A stretch of DNA of 64,000 bases from the human T2T-CHM13v2.0 reference genome, Homo sapiens: the NCBI RefSeq assembly GCF_009914755.1, contig NC_060929.1. One strand, written 5' to 3'. The notes beneath the pieces are model-generated. The model ran no database searches, was not told where the DNA came from, and saw only the letters and a list, made by a program, of their open reading frames with translations. The position numbers were made by a program, and so were the translations under genes. Of the stretch, positions 28,945 to 41,795 are shown piece after piece; position 1 is the stretch's first letter; every line of letters begins with the position of its first letter.

Positions 28945-29120
28945 CTCACTAGCTACTGACCTTGAGAAAATTTAGTAACTTTTTGGGGCCCCAGTTTCCT
29001 TATCTGAAAGATGAGGCTAAGAAGACAGCTCCACTGGATTATTATGAGGAGTAGATGAGACAACCCAGAAAAGGTGTCTTATTAGCATAAAGTACTTGGA
29101 ACAGTGATGTGCCCCACATA
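28945..29120 (+). mobile_element. MIR
   Basis: tgaccttgag...ggccccagtttccttatctgaaagatgagg. Confidence 0.65.
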
Positions 29121-29463
29121 ACAGCTGCTGCTGTTAGCACTGAGGTCACCTACAGCAGCAAAGGGAGCTGCAATCATAGGCTCCACTCCCCCTTTGCCAT
29201 CTTTTGTTAACTGCCTTGTCTAGACTTCACTTTTAAATACTCCAGATATACAGTGCCATATGAAGTGTGCTGCAGGTGTCCTCACTGAGAATTCAGAGCC
29301 CATAGTAGACCCTGAAGTTCTATTCAGGAGCCCAGACGTGGGGCAGCTACTATGAGCACTCTTGTTATTAAAAAAGCTCTGTTGAATATCAAAAATGGTT
29401 TGATATCAGAAACACCAGAAATGAGCTATAATTGGTGACATTAAAAGTATTCAAACCATATGG

Positions 29464-29813
29464 TTTCTTAGTCCATTTCAGCTTCTATAACAACCTACCT
29501 TAGACTGGGTAATTTATAAACAACAGAAATTTATTGCTCACAGTTCTAGAGGCTGGGAAGTTCAAGATCAAGATGCTGGCAGATTCAGTGTCTGGCGAGG
29601 GCCTGTCTGGCATAATCGGTGGCTTGTTGCTGCAGAAAAGGTCAAATAGCTCCCTCAAGCCTCTTTTATGAGAGCATCCATCCCATCCATGAAAGCTCCA
29701 CCCTCAGGACCTCATCACCTCCCAATGGCCCCACCTGTTACTACTACTGCATTGGAGATCAGGTTTCAACATGTTAATTTTGGGGAGAGGACATCAACAT
29801 TCAAACCATAGCA
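29464..29813 (-). mobile_element. MLT1A0-like solo LTR
   Basis: gaaatttattgctcacagttctagaggctgggaag...cattcaaaccatagca; TSD TATGG/TAAGG. Confidence 0.85.
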
Positions 29814-32265
29814 TAAGGATTGGTTAAAATATTCAAGAAATCTTCTCTACCCTTTGCAAGAAGTATCTAATAATGCCCAGACCCTTTTCCTTGGTGGAGA
29901 TGTGTTATATAGCCTTATAAAATAGCCTAATAGGCTATTACATAAGGACTTTAGGTCCTTAAATTCGGAGGATCTCGTATGCCTGATGCCAGCTCTAGGG
30001 GTGACAGAATCTGTTTCCACAGCCTTGGCACTGCCTTCTGGCTCCCTCTCCTCAGTGGAACTCTGAGCACCTAAGAGACAGGGACCTGGACTTCATTAAG
30101 CTTACAGCACAGGTTGATGAGCACTTTGGGGCCTGCCAGCAAATTAATGTTCCTTTAATAAATGTTTTGTGTGAGCTGAAGCTGCTTTGAGAGTTGCTGT
30201 CACAAAAATTGAGGAGCAAAGAGTCAAGGGATGAGCCAGGTTTCACCTGCTTCAAACTTCCTTAGCTACTTCTTGAACCTATCAAAAAGAAACCAAGAGG
30301 TGTATGTGACCAAATTGGCTTGGGTACGTGACCAATTGACTTTTTCAGTGTGCCTGTGCCATAAGCTTCAAAAAGGAAGATGCAAGGCAAGTTTCCTCTG
30401 CTTAGTAGCCTCTCAGGGTAAAGAGAGCTGTAGCTAACCCCATGGATTAGCAGGCAAAAGCCACCAAGGTCAGGAGATCATAGTCAAGGTCATACCATGA
30501 GGAGGTGGACAGGACGAGAAAAGATTCAAGTAAGTAGTTGTTTCTCCCTGGTTGCCGTGAAGATTAAGCGGCCAACTTGAAATAAGCTCTTTTTCTCTCC
30601 CCACAGCAAATATAATCCAAAATCCCCGTTAGAGGCAAATACGAGTATCTGAATTCAGATTTCCAGGTCCCCGGCTTGGAGAAGGGCAGCATGGGTCTTT
30701 ATCAGAATCCAGCTTCGGGATTTCCTGGACTTTAAGGATGCCTGCTTCAACCAAATGCCCTGGGTGGCCCCTTTATATTGAAGAACCCGTCTTTGACTCC
30801 ATCCTGACCTGCTCTCCTTATACTGGGAAGTGTGCGTATAAACGTACCATTTCATGAAAATAGCATGTGTCACCAAATGAGGGTTCCAGAGAGTCAGCAG
30901 CGTGCATTCATCCAAGAACATTGGCCTGAGAAACCCTGGCCACCATCTGCCAGAAACTTGAGACCAAGAGCTCATGGAAAACAGAAACTGCTGCTCTGTT
31001 CAGCCTCTGTAAAGTGCTCAGTGGTGCCAATGGTTCAGCAGGCTCAGAAGACTATGACATGGGGTGGGGACACAGGTGAGGACATCTCTGTCATTTGAAC
31101 AAATTTCCAAATCCCAAATCCTGAGCAGAAGTGCAGAGCTGAATGTGCGTAATGTGCATGTCAGTTGATCGGGGAAAATGCACTTCCTCTATTTAGATTC
31201 TCTGAAAATGACCTCAAAAGACATGAGCTTAGTTACAGCTCAGCGATGCTCGTTGCCACAACAAGAAAGCCCAGACTCAGTGCAGCAGCTTAACAGCAAA
31301 AAGGTCTCTTTGTTCATGGAGTCCGGTGGGCCATCAGTGCTCCTACATCCTGCAGCCATATGTACCATCTGGGGCAAGTGTCAGGTGAGGTTGCCACAGC
31401 CAGAGAAGAGAGGACAAGAGGGTCACTCGGGATGGTTTTAAGAGCTGGGCTTAATCACTTTTGCCCACACCTCTGGCCAGCCCCATCACTCATCCTGCCT
31501 GGAAGGAAGCCTGGGAAATGTGGGGGATGCCACAGGTAAGCGGGGAACCCACAGGTAAGCAGGAAGATGTTATAGTGTCTACCCCAAGAGGTAAGCCACT
31601 CTGGATGTGATGTGTGTACAGGACCTATCACAAAGCCCTGAGCCCCAAATCCTCCTCCCTGCTCACATCCTCACCTGCCACAGATTCCTTCTCTGTAGGA
31701 TAAGAGACATTTGGGAATTCATGATACTCCTTCTGGACTAGACATGCCACCTGGAATGGATGAAACCTGTTTTCATAATTAATACCATTTCAAGGTGCTG
31801 GCATGTGAGCAGGAATGATAAAACTCTAGAAATTCTTCATGACCGATGTCAGAGTCCAGGAGGTACAGGTGAGTTACGAAAACCAAGAAGAGGTAGATTG
31901 AGAACCGAAAATGAGTATGAGCCCAAGTCAGGGTCAAGAAAAGGAATGAGCTGCTAAGCCCTCGGGGTGGCAGCAGGTGGTGGAGAGATGGCAAGAAGCT
32001 GTGGGAGGTGAGCACAGGGCCAGAAGCAGGGAAGAAGCAATCGAAGAGAGAAGCAGCACAAGGTGGCCAGAGGCACAGGAAGAAGGGGCTGCCTGCTGAT
32101 CTGAGCAGAGGTCCTTGAGTATCATTACTGAGGACCCAATGGAGGACTCCGGAGGACCATGGGTGAATGGGAGGTGAGGGAGGCAGGGGAAGGGGCTACT
32201 TGTGCCTCCAACCAGAAATTGAGAGACCCCCAAGTATGTGGGCTCTACTCGAACTCCTCTGACCT

Positions 32266-32333
32266 CCCACAAGCTGAGCCCTGCCCCCCCACAAGCTGAG
32301 CCCTGCCCCCCCACAAGCTGAGCCCTGCCCCCC
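32266..32333. repeat. 22-bp minisatellite, three perfect copies
   Basis: cccacaagctgagccctgcccc x3. Confidence 0.95.
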
Positions 32334-33559
32334 GAGGCCAATTCCTAAGCCTGTTCACACCCCACTGCCTTCGCTGGCCTCCATGAATTTCACCCTTTTT
32401 TGGCCCAAAAGAAAAATAATAATAATTTACCAGAATCCTCCTTCTTAGCTAGTTCCTGGGCTCATAGTTCTGGCCTGGTCCTCTCTCTGTTCTGGTATCA
32501 TCCACAACCTGCCATAAGAGTGAGGTTTATTTTATTTATTTGTTTATTTATTTATTTATATTTGACTGCCTAGGGTATGGGTCTTAAGCCCGACCTTTCC
32601 AAACATGTTCCTTTCCTCAGTCCAGGATCTTAAATCTTTCTTAAACCACTTCAAGAAAGTGGTCTGTTTCCTCTTCTGCCTATATTACTATACATATTAA
32701 AGACAGTCCTGATTCTCAGCATGAGAACATTTATCTCTATAGGTCACTTTTTCAAAAAGGTTAAAGCAATTGAAAAAAGCCTTTTCCTTGATATCAAAGC
32801 CATAGACTTAGATGATTTTTTAAGCCTAAGAAAGCCCTCTCTAAAAAAAAAATTAAAAATACAAAAGAAGAATTTCCTAAAAAGAAAAATACCTGCTGAT
32901 TTTTCTTAGCCCAGAAAATTATTAGTTCACAAGGTGAATTTCCCCGTGAATAAACTCAAACGTGGATGGGGAAATAAATCATTTGACTATCCACAATTTT
33001 TCTTTGTAACCGTCATCTTGTTGAAAAAGGCCATTATTTTTTGTGCTAACGGAAGTGCCTTGCTAGGTAAAATGTATACACTATCTCAAATGTATAGAAA
33101 GATTCATCTTTCCAGTGCATTTACTTCTGTTAGCTAATAAATTCCGGCAGAAGTGCTACAAATTACATTACAGGTATAAATACCAGCATGTCAGTGGTGT
33201 GATTATTAAGACACCTGACTTGAGTTCACCCTTCAATGACCTTGACATTATCTTGGTCCCTCTTGCCTGCATATACTGCGCCAAATGAACCACCAGGGAT
33301 GGGCCATTCCTTGATAAACACATGTCCCAGAGTTTCTATATTTTTTTCCCCTACACTACATGTTTTTAAAAATGTTTTTTTAAAGCTGTCCTCTTTTATT
33401 TTGGAAAATATGTCCATCAGAGCTATAGCCAGATCTGGTATCAGCTCTCCCTGCCTGCAGCCATTCCACTGGGCACATGCCCATTGCTATACCAGCTGTT
33501 AAGTGGCTTGAACAGACCTCCGGCTACAGCTGCTTTAGCACTCATTTCCACACACACCC

Positions 33560-34935
33560 TCTGCTCCCCTCTTCTCCTTGATCCCCTCCAGCCTGGCTTC
33601 CACATCCAATGCTCCATTTGGACTGCTCATTCAAGATCAGCAGGGACCTTCATGTCCTCACAGGCATGGAAGGTTTGGAGTCATTATCCTGAACAACAGC
33701 CAGCGGTAGGACAGTGCATCTCACTCCCTCTTTCTCCAAGTTACTCTTATTTTCTCGGATGCCACCTTCCTCTGGTTTGGCTTCTGCCACTCCAGCCCCT
33801 CCTCTGGGAGCTCCTCCCGCAAACCTGTCCTTGAACGTTTTGTTTCTCAGAGCTCTTCTCTTCTGCCTCCCCTACACAGCCTTATCAACTGTGACTCTCA
33901 GAGGATCATCTCTTGGGGTCAGTCAACAAATCTGAGTGAATGTCCCTCAGGAAGCTCAAACTCTATGAGTCCAAAATGGAACTCGACATCATTCTGCAAT
34001 ATTATTCATGTTATTCCAGCTGCTACTGAAGAAGAGAGCGCCCTGTCTAGTGCACCCTGGAAATGGTACCCAAAATGTTTGGCTTGCTCAGGCAAAAATG
34101 TGAACATCTTCCTTGCCACCTCCCTCCTATTTCACTTCAAGTAAGTGCCCTGCATCTGCCTCTTCAGCATATGGGTTTGCTTTGGCCACTCCCATCCTCA
34201 CCACACTGCTCCGAAGGCCTCTCTTGCCCCTCCCAGCCCATCAGCCTCAATGACCTCCATGCCCTAGTTCATTCTCCTCCAATCTCACCTCAACACTGCA
34301 GCTGGACTGAACTTCCCAGAACTTAAATCTGATCTGTCACTCCACTGCTTTAAGACTTTCAAATGAGTCTTCGATATTTTTTAGGGTCTTTAGGATGAAA
34401 TCTGAACTCTTAACTAACTCAGGCACTCCCAGTGGAGGAGCCTGTGTACTTCTGTAGCCTCGTCTCTCTGCTCTTCTCCTGGCATCCTCTGATGGGCAGG
34501 ACCACGCCCCACTACCCTCTCGCTGTCTCCAAATTTTACACAAGCTGCTCCATCTGCCTCGAAACAATGCCGCTGCCTCTGCGCCCCCTCTCCTGACACC
34601 CACTCATTCAGGTGCACCCATGGGACCAGCTCCCACTACCCCTCCAGTTGTGGTTGAAGAAATATTTCGCTTTGGGAGAAGTTTCCTGACCTCATGGCTG
34701 AGATGGGTCTTCCTGTGGTGGGTTCCCTTGGCACCTTTGCTCCCCCATCAACATAATCATCATACCTTAATTTTTTTCCTGAATTGTATTTTTTTTTCCC
34801 GCTAAACCTTAAGAACTACTTTGGCCACAGAGCTACTTTGATTCATTCCCTGCTATATCTCCAGGACAAAACAGACACTGGGTAAGAGTAGGCACTAAAT
34901 AAATATTGAACAAATAGAAGAAGGAATGAATGAAA
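33560..34935 (+). mobile_element. L2 remnants
   Basis: ctcaaactctatgagtccaaaatggaactc; 3' end gtaggcactaaataaatattgaa...gaatgaatga; boundaries approximate. Confidence 0.55.
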
Positions 34936-34989
34936 AGGGAAATTAAACCTCACCTCCTCCATAAAGCCCGACCCATTACTTCCGCCCAC

Positions 34990-35174
34990 ACGAGGGTCTC
35001 TCCAGCCTAGCACTATCAGTATTTTGAGCAGGACAATTGTTTATTTTGGAAGGCTGTCCTGTACATCATAGGATGTTTAACAGCATCCTTAAATACCAGT
35101 AGTACAAGCCTCCCTGCAAGTTGTGACAGTCAGAAGTATTTCCAGATGGTGAGCCATGAGATGTGAGAACCATT
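34990..35174. mobile_element. MER20 (hAT MITE)
   Basis: ggctgtcctgtacatcataggatgtttaacagcatcc...gttgtgaca...tgagaaccattg. Confidence 0.7.
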
Positions 35175-36178
35175 GGCCCTCACTGGCCCCCCTCCCTTCT
35201 CTGACCCTCTTCACTGCCCCTTGCAGTCATCACCATCTGTTATCACATGGTTTTTCTTTGCCAGGGCCATGTACAAGTAGTCTTGTCACCCCAAAAGGAG
35301 GAAATCCTCCTTGAAAACAGGGCTCTGTCCTCTTGGCATCCCGTGTAACAGCTCATGCAGGACTGATTGTAGCAAACAGGATTGGCCTGTGTGGCCCTCC
35401 GTGGAAAGGGGGAACACCAACGTGGCCACATTGTACGTGAAATTCTGACTCTCTAGGCTAAGTCTGTCCTTTCTGTACAAATATCCTTAACATCTCAACA
35501 TTGGAAAACAGCCTTATTGCAAGCTGCTACTGAATTCTTGATCGCATACAGTGCTGTTCTGTGTGCTTCGTAAAGAGGATTTAAAACATTGCAGAGTGAA
35601 TAATCTCTTCATCTGGAATTCATTAAACTCTCATTTTCTAAAAATTCAACAACGTCAGCTGAACCCATAGCAAGCTGCCCATGCCTCAGTGGTCACTTGC
35701 TTGGAATGCCGCTTCCTCCCGGTAACTCAGTTTCACCGCCTGGCACATTCAGGACATAACCGAAGGAACTGGAGCCAATTTGCCCTTGACCCTGTAGCAT
35801 GACATTTGACTTCCCTTAAACTATCTTAGATGTCTCCTGTGCTCTTTAAATAAATTATGATGATAATTAATATCAGCCAAAAAAATCAATGGTTAAAAAT
35901 TAATTATTTATATTAAATATTTAGCAAGTATTCATATACTAAAGGTGATTTAGCACTGTAGTAGTCCTTAAAAACAATCCAAACATGCCATTTCCTATCA
36001 TTAGAAAATTACATTTGTATTTAGAAAATCATCTTGATAAATAAATGTGCACACAGTAAAAACGGGAAAAAAAACACAGTTTACCTTCATCGTGTGCATA
36101 TTCTCAAATCTACAATAAGTCAGTAAGTTCAACAAAGCCTTTTCTGTGAGTTCAGCCATGCAGAAAGAACACCTCTCA

Positions 36179-36615
<437 letters not shown>

Positions 36616-36977
36616 ACTGAGGACAAAAATTCCACATGAAAACCCAAGGTCCCTTTTGGAACCAAAATTTCATAGTTTTGAGCAAATCCCATGACACTCT
36701 TATTTATCCCCAAATTGACTTTTCTGTTCCTTATTAATTGACAAGTGACAAAATTGGTAAAATCATATCTACACTGTCCTGGAATTAAATGGCACAAAAG
36801 AGAAATCCATCATTTTGGCATAGGGACAAGTTTCCTGGACTCAGAAGTTAGCAACGAGGGGCTTACATAGAAATATTTACATAGCAGAAAGCTCCAGATC
36901 AGCAGACTTAAAAGAAAATATGCAGACATTCAGAAATAAAGGACGATAGAAAATAAGGTTGCAAGATGGAAGTAAGC

Positions 36978-37340
36978 TATTGTGAATAGTGCTGCAATAA
37001 ACATACGTGTGCATGTGTCTTTACAGCAGCATGATTTATAGTCCTTTGGGTATATACCCAGTAATGGGATGGCTGGGTCAAATGGTATTTCTAGTTCTAG
37101 ATCCCTGAGGAATCGCCACACTGACTTCCACAAGGGTTGAACTAGTTTACAGTCCCACCAACAGTGTAAAAGTGTTCCTATTTCTCCACATCCTCTCCAG
37201 TACCTGTTGTTTCCTGACTTTTTAATGATTAATGGGTGCAGCACACCAGCATGGCACAGGCATACATATGTAACTAACCTGCATATTGTGCACATGTACC
37301 CTAAAACTTAAAGTATAATAATAATAAAATTAAAAAAAAA
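36978..37340 (+). mobile_element. Young L1 (L1PA2-like), 5'-truncated with 5' inversion (36978-37230 antisense, 37229-37340 sense)
   Basis: Perfect 15-bp TSD aagatggaagtaagc (36963-36977 / 37341-37355); 3' end gtaactaacctgc...cttaaagtataataa plus poly(A). Confidence 0.92.
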
Positions 37341-37627
37341 AAGATGGAAGTAAGCAATAACTGTGAAACTCAGAGAACACATCCCCAAGAAAGGACCTGG
37401 CACCATCTTTGTTGTTCTCTTTGATGTGGTTGTTCCAAATTCAGGAATTCACTTTGGTAAACTTTCTCTTGGAGGGTTTCCTCCCTTTCCCAGCTCTCTC
37501 CAATGAGCATGGAAAATGACCACGGACAAACCTGAGCGTAGTATGTATTATAGAAGCAAGAAGTAGAAAATGCACTAATGAGCCAACCAGTGGATCAACT
37601 CCACATTTCTACAGTTATTAAGGCAGT

Positions 37628-38240
37628 GACATCAGTCAAGGCTCATTTACAGGAAGCAGAAACTAGTCTAGCTATTTTAAGCAGAACAAGACAAGGCAGG
37701 GAACTAAGTACCTATAAAATTGTCAGAAGGTTTGGAAGAGTGAGCTGGGCCTCCAGGAATAACTCCCGGAACCAGGGGCCAAACTGACCCTCGGAGGCCA
37801 GTTAGAAATACAGGAGTTAAAAGTGCAGCCCTAGTACAACTCGCCACAGGGAATATTGGCTCCTCCTGCTCCAAGCTGGGGACAGAAATCACAATACTGA
37901 GTTCCTCTGCCTTCAAACGAGCGATGCCCAAACACTGCACCGGCTGCCAACACTGCTGTGAAGTCTGCACCATCCAGCAGCTAAACCCTGTCATCTCCAT
38001 GACCCTACTTGACAGCAGCAACAGCCAAAGCACAAGAATGAGTGTCCCTCTGAACCTGCACTTCCAAATCTCAGCAAGCCGCCTCTGAAGGCTGGAACCC
38101 AATTCACATTCATAACCAGAGTTGCAAGGGAGACTGGCAATGTGATGGTTTGCCTCCAGACTCTGCGGTAAAGGAAAGCTCATTCTGTAATGGAAAGAAG
38201 CTGGAATTCACATTGAGTTCCAGTCCACCATATCCACCAG
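37628..38240 (-). mobile_element. Old ERVL LTR, LTR33-like
   Basis: caggaagcagaaactagtctagctattttaagcagaa, gttgcaagggagactggcaatgtg. Confidence 0.5.
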
Positions 38241-38811
38241 AGTTGAGATGGAAGACGCAAGTAAAGTCCCCCATAAGATCCTAAAAGCAGTCACAAAGCT
38301 ACTGTCCAACAAATCTCAACTGAGTTATAAGACTTCTCCAGGTCGACTTTTATCACTTTACCTCAAGGAAGACATAACATTTTGGGATCGATATTTTATA
38401 GATTTGCATATGCTATAAAAGTCTTAGCTCTTATATACTCCCTGTACAATGTTTAAGTGATTTTCCATAAGATGAAGAGGTAATAAAATAGAAGGAAGTC
38501 TGTGACTTTATTCACTCACTTATATATTTACCAGCCTGCTATAAATATTAGACCCAGGTGCTGGACCAGACATGGAGATGCCAAGGAGAAGGAGTCATGG
38601 GTTAAGATCACTCGCTTTAGCAGGAATCATTTCCAGTACAAGTCCCATTTCTGCCACTTACCAGCTATGCTACCTTGGGCAAGTTCTTAATCTGTTCTAT
38701 GACTCAGTTTATCCACTTATCAGGTGAGAATAATGATACACTCTTTAGGAGGCTGTCACCCAAGGGTTAACTGAGATAATATGTATTACTTTTAGTATAG
38801 TGATTTGACCA

Positions 38812-39228
38812 TATATTAGTCAGGGTTTGCAGAGAAACAGAACCAATAGACTATGTGTATAAATATATATACAGAGAGATTTATTTTAAAGAACTAGATA
38901 ATACAATTGTGGGAGCTGGCTAGTCCAACATCTGCAGGATAGGGTGGGAGGCTGGAGACCCAGGAAAGAGCTGATCTTGCAGCTTGAGTCGAAGGCAGTC
39001 TGGTGACAGATTCCCTCCTCCTCTGGGAGGTCTGTCTTTTCTCAAGATCTTCAGCTGATTGGATGAAGCTCATCCACATTATGGAGGGCAATCTGCTTTA
39101 ATCTAGGCCTACTGATTTAAACGTTAATCGCATCCAAAAAACAGCTTTACCGCAACATCCAGACTTATTTGATCACATATCTGGGTACCATGGCCCAGTC
39201 AAGTTGACACAGAAAATTAACCTTCAGA
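38812..39228 (-). mobile_element. MLT2 (ERVL) solo LTR, inserted in a MIR
   Basis: tattagtcaggg...gagaaacagaaccaatag...cccagtcaagttgacacagaaaattaacc; TSD GACCA/GTCCA. Confidence 0.85.
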
Positions 39229-41169
39229 GTCCATTAGGAGCATTCAGAAAATGATGCTGTTGTGATTAAGCTATAATCAAAGACTTGAAGGAGTTTTCAT
39301 CTAGTGGTAAAGATAGATAATCACAGTGCCATGTGATCAGTTCTATGAAACAGATGTTTGGGAGACCATGGGTACAGGCAACAGGGTGTATGTAGAAAAA
39401 AGAATGCCAGGGAGGGCTCTGAGAGGTAGGAAAGAAGGCTTATGTTGCAGGCTCTGGGATGGCCTCTGCCGATGCAGATGTCTCAAGAGTAAGAAGAAAA
39501 TCCTATGTGGACACCAGAAAGACCAGAGATGTCCAGTTCCCCCTCACCAGGCCTAAGCACGTTAGGGTTCAGTGAAAATATCTTCCTTAAATTGGGAGGG
39601 TCCCCCACCGGTCTAGGTGGGGGTGAGTATTCAAGGTAGCCACAGGCAGCAGAGGTGGGGATGAAGAGTCAGAGTCATGGTCAGGAGGTGGTGAGGTCAT
39701 GGTGGGGAAAAAAAGCAGGGCATTAAGCCCAAGGGAAAGAACAGACACCAGACCTCAAGCTTCCAGTCAGGAGATGGGACAGTCAACATGGAAAATAAGG
39801 AGTGAGGACAGGAGAAGGGAAAGCTTAGAATTCAACTGCAAACGCAAGCTTGTGCAAAACACTGCCCCGCCCCCACTCCTCCGCATTTACAGCCATGGCA
39901 TTTATAGCCAGGTAGCACTAGAGCAGCAGTGGACTATAAGGGACCATGTGGAAAGGGACAAGTGGAATCACAAGCCCCTGGTGCCAACAAATGATTGACC
40001 ATTGTTGGTACTAGAGCTTTGACCCCTGAAAGAATCCATTTGCCTGTGCACCATGGAGGCACAAAGTCCAGAAGCCAACAGCCTTGTCATGACGCTTTCC
40101 CAAAGAGCCATCCTTTCCTAGCCGCCTCGACCCACAACACCCAAGGGGTACAGATGTCCTCATCTCCAGTCATTTACCCCAGCCTGGTCCATTCCCAGTG
40201 AGGTTAAGGTTCACATTTAAGCCAAAATTTCCAGATGCATTTCTTATATCCTTGAGCCGTAAAAATTGAGTGCTTGGTCCAGGTTACATCCTGGGTGCTC
40301 AGAATGTTTTGCTGCCAACCATTTGGCCCAAGTCTCAAAGGCGTTCCTCCAGAGTGGAGATGCTAATAGGTTTTGAGCGAGTGAAAAACATTTGACAACA
40401 AACTGAAACTTGAACATATTGATATCTCCATCACTGACAGCAAGAGCCGGAGAGAGACAAGCGGGATTCATCTTGATTGGCGTGTGGCAACAATAGTGCA
40501 TAGCCTCCAAGTTCTCCCGGAGCCATGTGTGCTGCCAATTGTAAAAGGGAGAAGGATGACAAGTGGACGGAGTCCTTTGAGATTGTTTTCCAACATAAAC
40601 TGATAAAAAGCCCCACTGGGCATTGATGTTAGAAAGACTCAAGATAGTTAAACCTAAAAAAAGAGTCTAATGCAAAATCTTTTACCTGACGTCTCCTATA
40701 TTTTTTACCCTTCTGCAAATTTTAGGTGGGTACGTGAATCATTTAAAGCCATTTCTGTCTTTTCTAAACTTCCAATTATACCACCCACAGCACCAAATGG
40801 AAGGGGAATTGTAATCAATTTTTTAACTAAATTCATGTAAAATAAAATTAGACCCAAAGGATCTGAATAACAAAGCCATTTTATTCAACCAAGAAATCAG
40901 ATTTTGACAGCCAAGGTTTTTTTTTTAAAATCGAATCTATTTTCCAGAGAATTTATTCAAAATGCTCACCAGATACCACCAGGCACTGTAACAGAACTAC
41001 AACTAACCCACTGTTCTCATATGGGTCATATTTGTAATGGGAAATAACACATTAGATAGATGGTGACATGGGTTATTCTCCCAGCGTGGGCACCAAGGAG
41101 CTGTACATCCTGAGAAAGTCACTTCATCTCTAAGCTTTGTTTCTGTACCTGTGAAATAAGGTGCTAAAG

Positions 41170-41590
41170 TTGATGCAACGATGACCCAATTCTTTACCCC
41201 TCTTATATGCTCACCCTTTAACAAGTAACTTACTAATGCCCCCCACTCTGACCCTAGGCTCAGCCACATGATTTCGGTCAATAGAATACAACAGAAACAA
41301 TGCCCCAGTTCCCAGCCTAGGCTGAGTCCTTGCAGGTTTCTACTTACTTTCTTGAGCCTCTGCCATTGCCATGGGAAAGACAACCCTGGTCCAGCTCCCT
41401 GAGTCCTGAGAAGGAAGAGAGACAGGTAGAGCAAAGATGAGTCTCCCAGCTGAGACTCTCCAGCCAAATCCAGTCAACTCTCATTCCACATCAGCAAATG
41501 CAGCAGAGATCAGTAGAGCCACCCAGCTAAGCCATCCATGAAAATAAATAACTCAGGATGGATCGTTATACAACAAAACCTAAGTTGCAC
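41170..41590 (+). mobile_element. Old MLT1 LTR remnant
   Basis: ggctcagccacatgatttcggtcaatagaa, cctctgccattgccatggga. Confidence 0.5.
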
Positions 41591-41644
41591 AGGACAATAC
41601 AACCCACTCCAACTATCTTACTAGCGTGTTGGGAAGATCAACTG

Positions 41645-41647
<3 letters not shown>

Positions 41648-41690
<43 letters not shown>

Positions 41691-41795
41691 GCGTATATAT
41701 ATGTATATATATGCATACATATATACATATATGTATACATATATATACATACATATATGTATACATATATATGTGTATATATACACATACATACA
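41648..41795. repeat. (TA)n plus degenerate (TATACA/TATG) microsatellite
   Basis: About 20 pure AT units followed by an interrupted alternating purine-pyrimidine tract. Confidence 0.95.
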
